Assembly (NCBI GenBank): GCA_035507305.1
Contig: DATJOE010000017.1
Span: 1 to 63,112, forward strand
Reading direction: 5' to 3'
Origin: Solirubrobacteraceae bacterium
GTDB lineage: Bacteria; Actinomycetota; Thermoleophilia; Solirubrobacterales; Solirubrobacteraceae
DNA length: 63,112 bases
The notes under the pieces were generated by a model. It saw nothing but the letters and a program-made list of their open reading frames with translations. It made no database searches and was not told the origin of the DNA. Positions 59,354-63,112 of this stretch are shown piece by piece (the stretch's first letter is position 1; each line of letters starts with the position of its first letter). A program made the translations under genes and the position numbers.

Positions 59354-60181
59354 ATGAGCAGCTCGCACACCGCATCGGTACTGGCACTCGGGGACGCCGG
59401 GGGAGCCATTCCTGCGCGCGCGCCTGTAGTCGCACCTGCCGGGAGCGTCGTAGCCATACATCCAGGCTGCCGCAGGCGCCGGGACCGGCGTGCGACCGAC
59501 CGGCGAGCGACCGAGTCTGAGCGCGGCGCCCAGCTTCTCGTCGCCGGCGAGAGCCGGCGATTCGCCGCTCAAGTGCACGACCTGATCATGCAAGACCTCA
59601 GCTATGCGCTCGCAAGTGCGCGGGCGCTCGAGGATGATCCGGCACTGGCCTCGCGGATCACTGCGATCGTCGCCTCCGCCGAGCGTGCGCTTGCCGGCGC
59701 TCGCGAGGTGCTCGGCGACCTCTCCGCCCGCGAGCGCAAGCCGCTCGCCGATGTGTTCGCTGAGAGCGTGCGAGCTGCCGCCCGCGACACTCCGCTCACC
59801 TTCCAGCTGCCGAGCACGAACGGCGACCAGCCCGACGCCGCGACGATCGACGCGCTCGTGCACATCGGTCGCGAGGCCGTCACGAATGCTGTCAAGCATG
59901 GCCACGCCCACGAGATCCTTGTCGTGCTCGAACACGACGAGGAATGGCGGTTGCTCGTCACCGATCGCGGTAGTGGCTTCGACACTGCGGCTCGCCAGGG
60001 CACGAGCGTCGTGAGCGACGCGAACGGCACCGGGGATTTCAAGGGACCCGATGGCGCCAACGGCCGCGACGGCGGCTTCGGGCTTGAGAGCATGCGCCGT
60101 CACGCGCAGGCGCTGGGCGGTCGGCTCAGCGTGCGCAGCTCGCCCGGCGAGGGCACCACCGTGGAGGCCGTGCTGCCATGA
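59354..60181 (+). CDS. Cytoplasmic NarX-like (HisKA_3) histidine kinase without an obvious sensor domain
   Basis: QVHDLIMQDL (H-box), REAVTNAVKH, TDRGSGFD, GFGLESM and GTTVEA motifs. Confidence 0.82.
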   Translation: MSSSHTASVLALGDAGGAIPARAPVVAPAGSVVAIHPGCRRRRDRRATDRRATESERGAQLLVAGESRRFAAQVHDLIMQDLSYALASARALEDDPALASRITAIVASAERALAGAREVLGDLSARERKPLADVFAESVRAAARDTPLTFQLPSTNGDQPDAATIDALVHIGREAVTNAVKHGHAHEILVVLEHDEEWRLLVTDRGSGFDTAARQGTSVVSDANGTGDFKGPDGANGRDGGFGLESMRRHAQALGGRLSVRSSPGEGTTVEAVLP

Positions 60182-60834
60182 GCGAGGTCGCGCCGAAGGT
60201 TGTCATCGCCGACGATCACCAAGCGATCCGCCTTGGGGTTCGCATGTCCTTGATGCGCGGCGGGTTCGAGGTCGTGGCCGAAGCCGTCGATCGCGACGGC
60301 GCGGTTGCCGCGGCGCAGCACGAGCAGCCCGACGTCTGCCTGCTCGACGTTCGCATGCCCGGCGGGGGGATCGAGGCGGCCGCGATGATCGCCGAGGTCT
60401 CGCCCAAGAGCGCGGTCGTGATGCTCACGGTCTCCAACTCCACCGACGACGTGCTCGCCGCGCTTCGCGCCGGCGCCGTTGGCTACCTGCCGAAGGATCT
60501 TCGCCCCGACCGGCTGCCCGCGGCCCTGTGCGGCGTGCTCAGAGGCGAGGCCGCGTTGCCGCGCGCGCTCGTCGGGCGCGTGCTCGCCCAGCTGCGCGAC
60601 CTCGGTACAGGCGACGCGAGCCCGATCCGCGTCGGCGAGGTGGAGCTCACGCGTCGCGAGTCCGAGATCCTCCGGATGCTCAGCTCTGGCATGTCCACCA
60701 CCGAAGTAGGCGAGTTGCTTTCGCTCTCGCCGATCACCGTGCGCCGCCACGTCTCGGCCAGCGTTGCCAAGCTTGGCGTCGCCGACCGCGAGGAGGCGTT
60801 CCAGGCGATCCTCCCGCTCGCCGCGAGCGCCTGA
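60178..60834 (+). CDS. NarL/LuxR-family response regulator
   Basis: IADDH, LLDVRMP, MLT, YLPKD and LTRRE..TVRRH HTH; ATGA overlap with the kinase. Confidence 0.92.
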   Translation: MSEVAPKVVIADDHQAIRLGVRMSLMRGGFEVVAEAVDRDGAVAAAQHEQPDVCLLDVRMPGGGIEAAAMIAEVSPKSAVVMLTVSNSTDDVLAALRAGAVGYLPKDLRPDRLPAALCGVLRGEAALPRALVGRVLAQLRDLGTGDASPIRVGEVELTRRESEILRMLSSGMSTTEVGELLSLSPITVRRHVSASVAKLGVADREEAFQAILPLAASA

Positions 60835-60896
60835 TCCCGTCGCGAACGAGGGGCATCCCGTCGTTCCGCGGCGCGGCTCGGCCGGAGCGGCGCTGC

Positions 60897-61565
60897 TCAG
60901 ACGAGCCCCGCCCGCACCGCGTAGACCGCGGCCTGGACGCGGTTGGGCGATCCGAGCTTCTCGAGGATGTTCGTGACGTACTGCTTGACCGTGTGCTTGC
61001 TGATCGACAGCTGCTCCCCGATCGCGGCATTGTCCGCGCCTTCGGCGACCAAGCGCAGAACCTCCAGCTCGCGCGCGGTCAGCGAGGCTCCGGCGTCGTC
61101 GTGGGCGCCCGTCGTCGACTCCGTTGCTTGAGTCGCGGGCACACGCTCGACCAGCGCGCGCATCACCTCCAGCGAGAGCACTCCCTGTCCCGCGGCGGCC
61201 TGGCGGATCGCCCCGGGTATGTCGCTCGTGCGAGTGTCCTTTAGCAAGTAGCCGCTCGCTCCCGCCGCCAACGCCTCGCGAGCATCCTCCTCGTCGGCCG
61301 AGACGGTCAACACGATGATCCGGACAGCTGGGTCGGTAACCGCCAGCTCGCGGATCGCGTCGATCCCCGAGATGTCCGGCATGTGGAGATCGAGCACCAG
61401 GACCTCCGGTGTCGTCTCTCGCACCAGCGAGATCGCGCCTCGGCCGTCGCTTGCGTCACCAACCACGACGATGCCGTCCTCGGCCAGCACAGCGCGCAGG
61501 CCATCGCGAAAGAAGTGATGGTCGTCGGCGAGAACGACGCGCAACTCACCGTTAGCTGAGCCCAC
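60897..61565 (-). CDS. NarL/LuxR-family response regulator
   Basis: LADDH, VLDLHMP, YLLKD and LTARE..TVKQYV..NRVQAA; GTG 61565 has TACCTT 6 nt upstream. Confidence 0.9.
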   Translation of the reverse strand: MGSANGELRVVLADDHHFFRDGLRAVLAEDGIVVVGDASDGRGAISLVRETTPEVLVLDLHMPDISGIDAIRELAVTDPAVRIIVLTVSADEEDAREALAAGASGYLLKDTRTSDIPGAIRQAAAGQGVLSLEVMRALVERVPATQATESTTGAHDDAGASLTARELEVLRLVAEGADNAAIGEQLSISKHTVKQYVTNILEKLGSPNRVQAAVYAVRAGLV

Positions 61566-61649
61566 GGGAGCAAGGTAAAGCAACAACCGGGCAGAGCAAG
61601 TCGGGCCGCCCGGCATACGGCGCGTCGTCCTTGTGGTGCAGGCCGGCTG

Positions 61650-61681
61650 CTGAACGTCCAGAAGCGTCCAGAACGGTTCAG
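61650..61681. promoter_or_regulatory. Direct repeat inside an inverted repeat; candidate regulator binding site
   Basis: CGTCCAGAA at 61655 and 61665 (10 bp period), flanked by CTGAAC and GTTCAG. Confidence 0.4.
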
Positions 61682-61740
61682 CTCGCCACTTCTCTCGCCG
61701 AGAGCGCGCCCATGTCGACAACTCCCGGGGGGTGGCTCTG

Positions 61741-63112
61741 ATGCCGAAGCACCAGACGCGTGCGCGCGTCGCGTTCGCGGCGACGATCGCACTATTCAGC
61801 TTGTTCGTAGTCTCATCGGTCGCCGCGGCGGCTTCCTGGCATCCTGCAAGCGGGCATGCAGCGAGCCGGGTCCGATCTGCCCTGTCTTCCACGCAGGCTC
61901 AGCCCGCTGTTCTCCTGGGCGACCGGACCGTCGAGCCCCAGACCGATTCGCTCCCTTCCGGTCGCGCCGCGGCGTTTCGCTTCCGTGCGCTTTCCTCGGG
62001 GTACGCGCGCTCGATCTATCTCTACATCGGCTCGACGAACGCGGCTGGGAGCTTTACGGTCGGTATCTACCGTGACTCGCACGGGCATCCCGGCACGCTG
62101 ATGGTGTCCGGGTCCGGCGCGGTCTCCGCCGCCGGCTCCTGGAGCACGGTCCCGATCGCGCGGACGGGCCTGCTCTCCGGCGTTACCTACTGGGTTGCGG
62201 TGCTCGGCCGGGGCGGCACGCTGCGCTATCGCGACCGCTTGCGCGGCTCGTGCTCCTCCGAGGCCAGTGTTCAGCTCTTGCTCAGTACGCTGCCTGCCTC
62301 CTGGCGGACCGCCAGCGTTGGCGCGAGCTGCCCTCTTTCCGCGTACGTCACCACGGGCGTGAGCTCGCCCGTAGCGCCGCCGGCGCCCGAAACGCCCGTA
62401 AGCACCGAAGTGCCCTCCGGAAGCACAGAAGCGCCTCCGACGGGCACGAGCGGCAGCGGCAAAGCCTCCTCAAACCCTCTGGAACCAGTAGCGCCGGTTG
62501 AACAGCCCACGCTCGAACCACCGGTCTCACCGCCTGTCGAATCGCCGCCTGCGGAATCACCTCCCGTGGAATCGCCGCCGGTGGAACCGCCCCCGACCGA
62601 ACAGCCGCCCAGCGAACCGCCTCCGGTCGAACCGCCTCCGCCCGCGCCGCCGGTCAATACGGCTGCACCGTCGGTAAGCGGCCTCGCGGTCGAAGCTCAG
62701 ACGCTGAGCGCGGCCGGGGGGACTTGGTCGGGCTCCCCGACCTCCTTCGCCTACCAGTGGCAGGACTGCAATCTGCTCGGACTTGCTTGCGTGGACATCC
62801 AGGGCGCGACCTCGACGACCTACGCGCTGTTGGCCGCCGACGTTGGCGACACCGTGCGGGTGAAGGTCACCGCGACCAACGCGGGCGGATCGGTCTCGGC
62901 TTACTCGGTCCCGACCTCCGCAGTGATCGCCGCGCTGAGCGCGCCATTGAACCTCTTGGCTCCTTCGATCACCGGTCAGACCGTCGAAGGCCAAACCCTA
63001 AAATCCACCACCGGCACCTGGACCGGCAACCCCACCGCCTTCGCCTACCAGTGGCAGGACTGCAGCGCCCAAGGCACGGGCTGTCAGAACATCTCAGGCG
63101 CAAGCTCGGCCT
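61741..63112 (+). CDS. Large secreted protein: signal peptide, beta-rich domain, Pro/Glu/Ser linker, Ig-like repeats; runs off the window
   Basis: Manual translation: MPKHQTRARVAFAATIALFSLFVVSSVAAA, ..VGIYRDSHGHPG..YWVAVL.., ESPP/EPPP repeats, then two PVNTAAPSVSG..GTWSGSPTSFAYQWQDC..C..I.GA repeats. Confidence 0.85.
   Translation, partial: MPKHQTRARVAFAATIALFSLFVVSSVAAAASWHPASGHAASRVRSALSSTQAQPAVLLGDRTVEPQTDSLPSGRAAAFRFRALSSGYARSIYLYIGSTNAAGSFTVGIYRDSHGHPGTLMVSGSGAVSAAGSWSTVPIARTGLLSGVTYWVAVLGRGGTLRYRDRLRGSCSSEASVQLLLSTLPASWRTASVGASCPLSAYVTTGVSSPVAPPAPETPVSTEVPSGSTEAPPTGTSGSGKASSNPLEPVAPVEQPTLEPPVSPPVESPPAESPPVESPPVEPPPTEQPPSEPPPVEPPPPAPPVNTAAPSVSGLAVEAQTLSAAGGTWSGSPTSFAYQWQDCNLLGLACVDIQGATSTTYALLAADVGDTVRVKVTATNAGGSVSAYSVPTSAVIAALSAPLNLLAPSITGQTVEGQTLKSTTGTWTGNPTAFAYQWQDCSAQGTGCQNISGASSA

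Noticed and set aside
62500-62650. 15-bp-period repeats near the right end as a DNA element
   Set aside because: They encode the ESPP/EPPP linker of the secreted protein.

Overview
High-GC chromosomal segment. Gene content, codon usage and pervasive leaderless-type starts point to an actinobacterium, most plausibly class Thermoleophilia (Solirubrobacterales-like); this is inference. About 55 real CDSs are present; most entries in the six-frame track are GC-rich shadow ORFs. The left half holds housekeeping and metabolic genes: a YprA/SftH-type DEAH helicase (truncated), gpgS plus a HAD phosphatase, gpsA, a lactone oxidase / PLP enzyme / M28 / Nei operon, Prim-PolC and LigC, a DtxR-family regulator, sucCD, acyl-CoA carboxylase subunits, sir-cysH-cysD-cysN, a FadR/GMC cluster, asd and methylmalonyl-CoA mutase. 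The middle has a WxL / DUF916-type / WxL cell-surface operon and a PAS-HD-GYP protein. The right half is a ~20 kb surface-glycan locus, followed by a sensor-less two-component module and a large secreted repeat protein (truncated). No rRNA, tRNA, CRISPR array, transposase or integrase was seen. The most unusual signal is a ~170 bp AT-rich element with long imperfect inverted repeats. It occurs twice, 51 kb apart (3624-3795 minus; 54848-55019 plus), each time at a junction of convergent genes just after a terminator-like T-tract. One copy leads into an orphan CopG/RHH antitoxin-like gene; the other leads into only a truncated stub of it. Other highlights are the Cys-containing WxL cluster outside Firmicutes, an internally deleted mini glycerate-kinase-like protein, a GT2 / DUF707-like fusion and a catalytically degenerate SDR epimerase.
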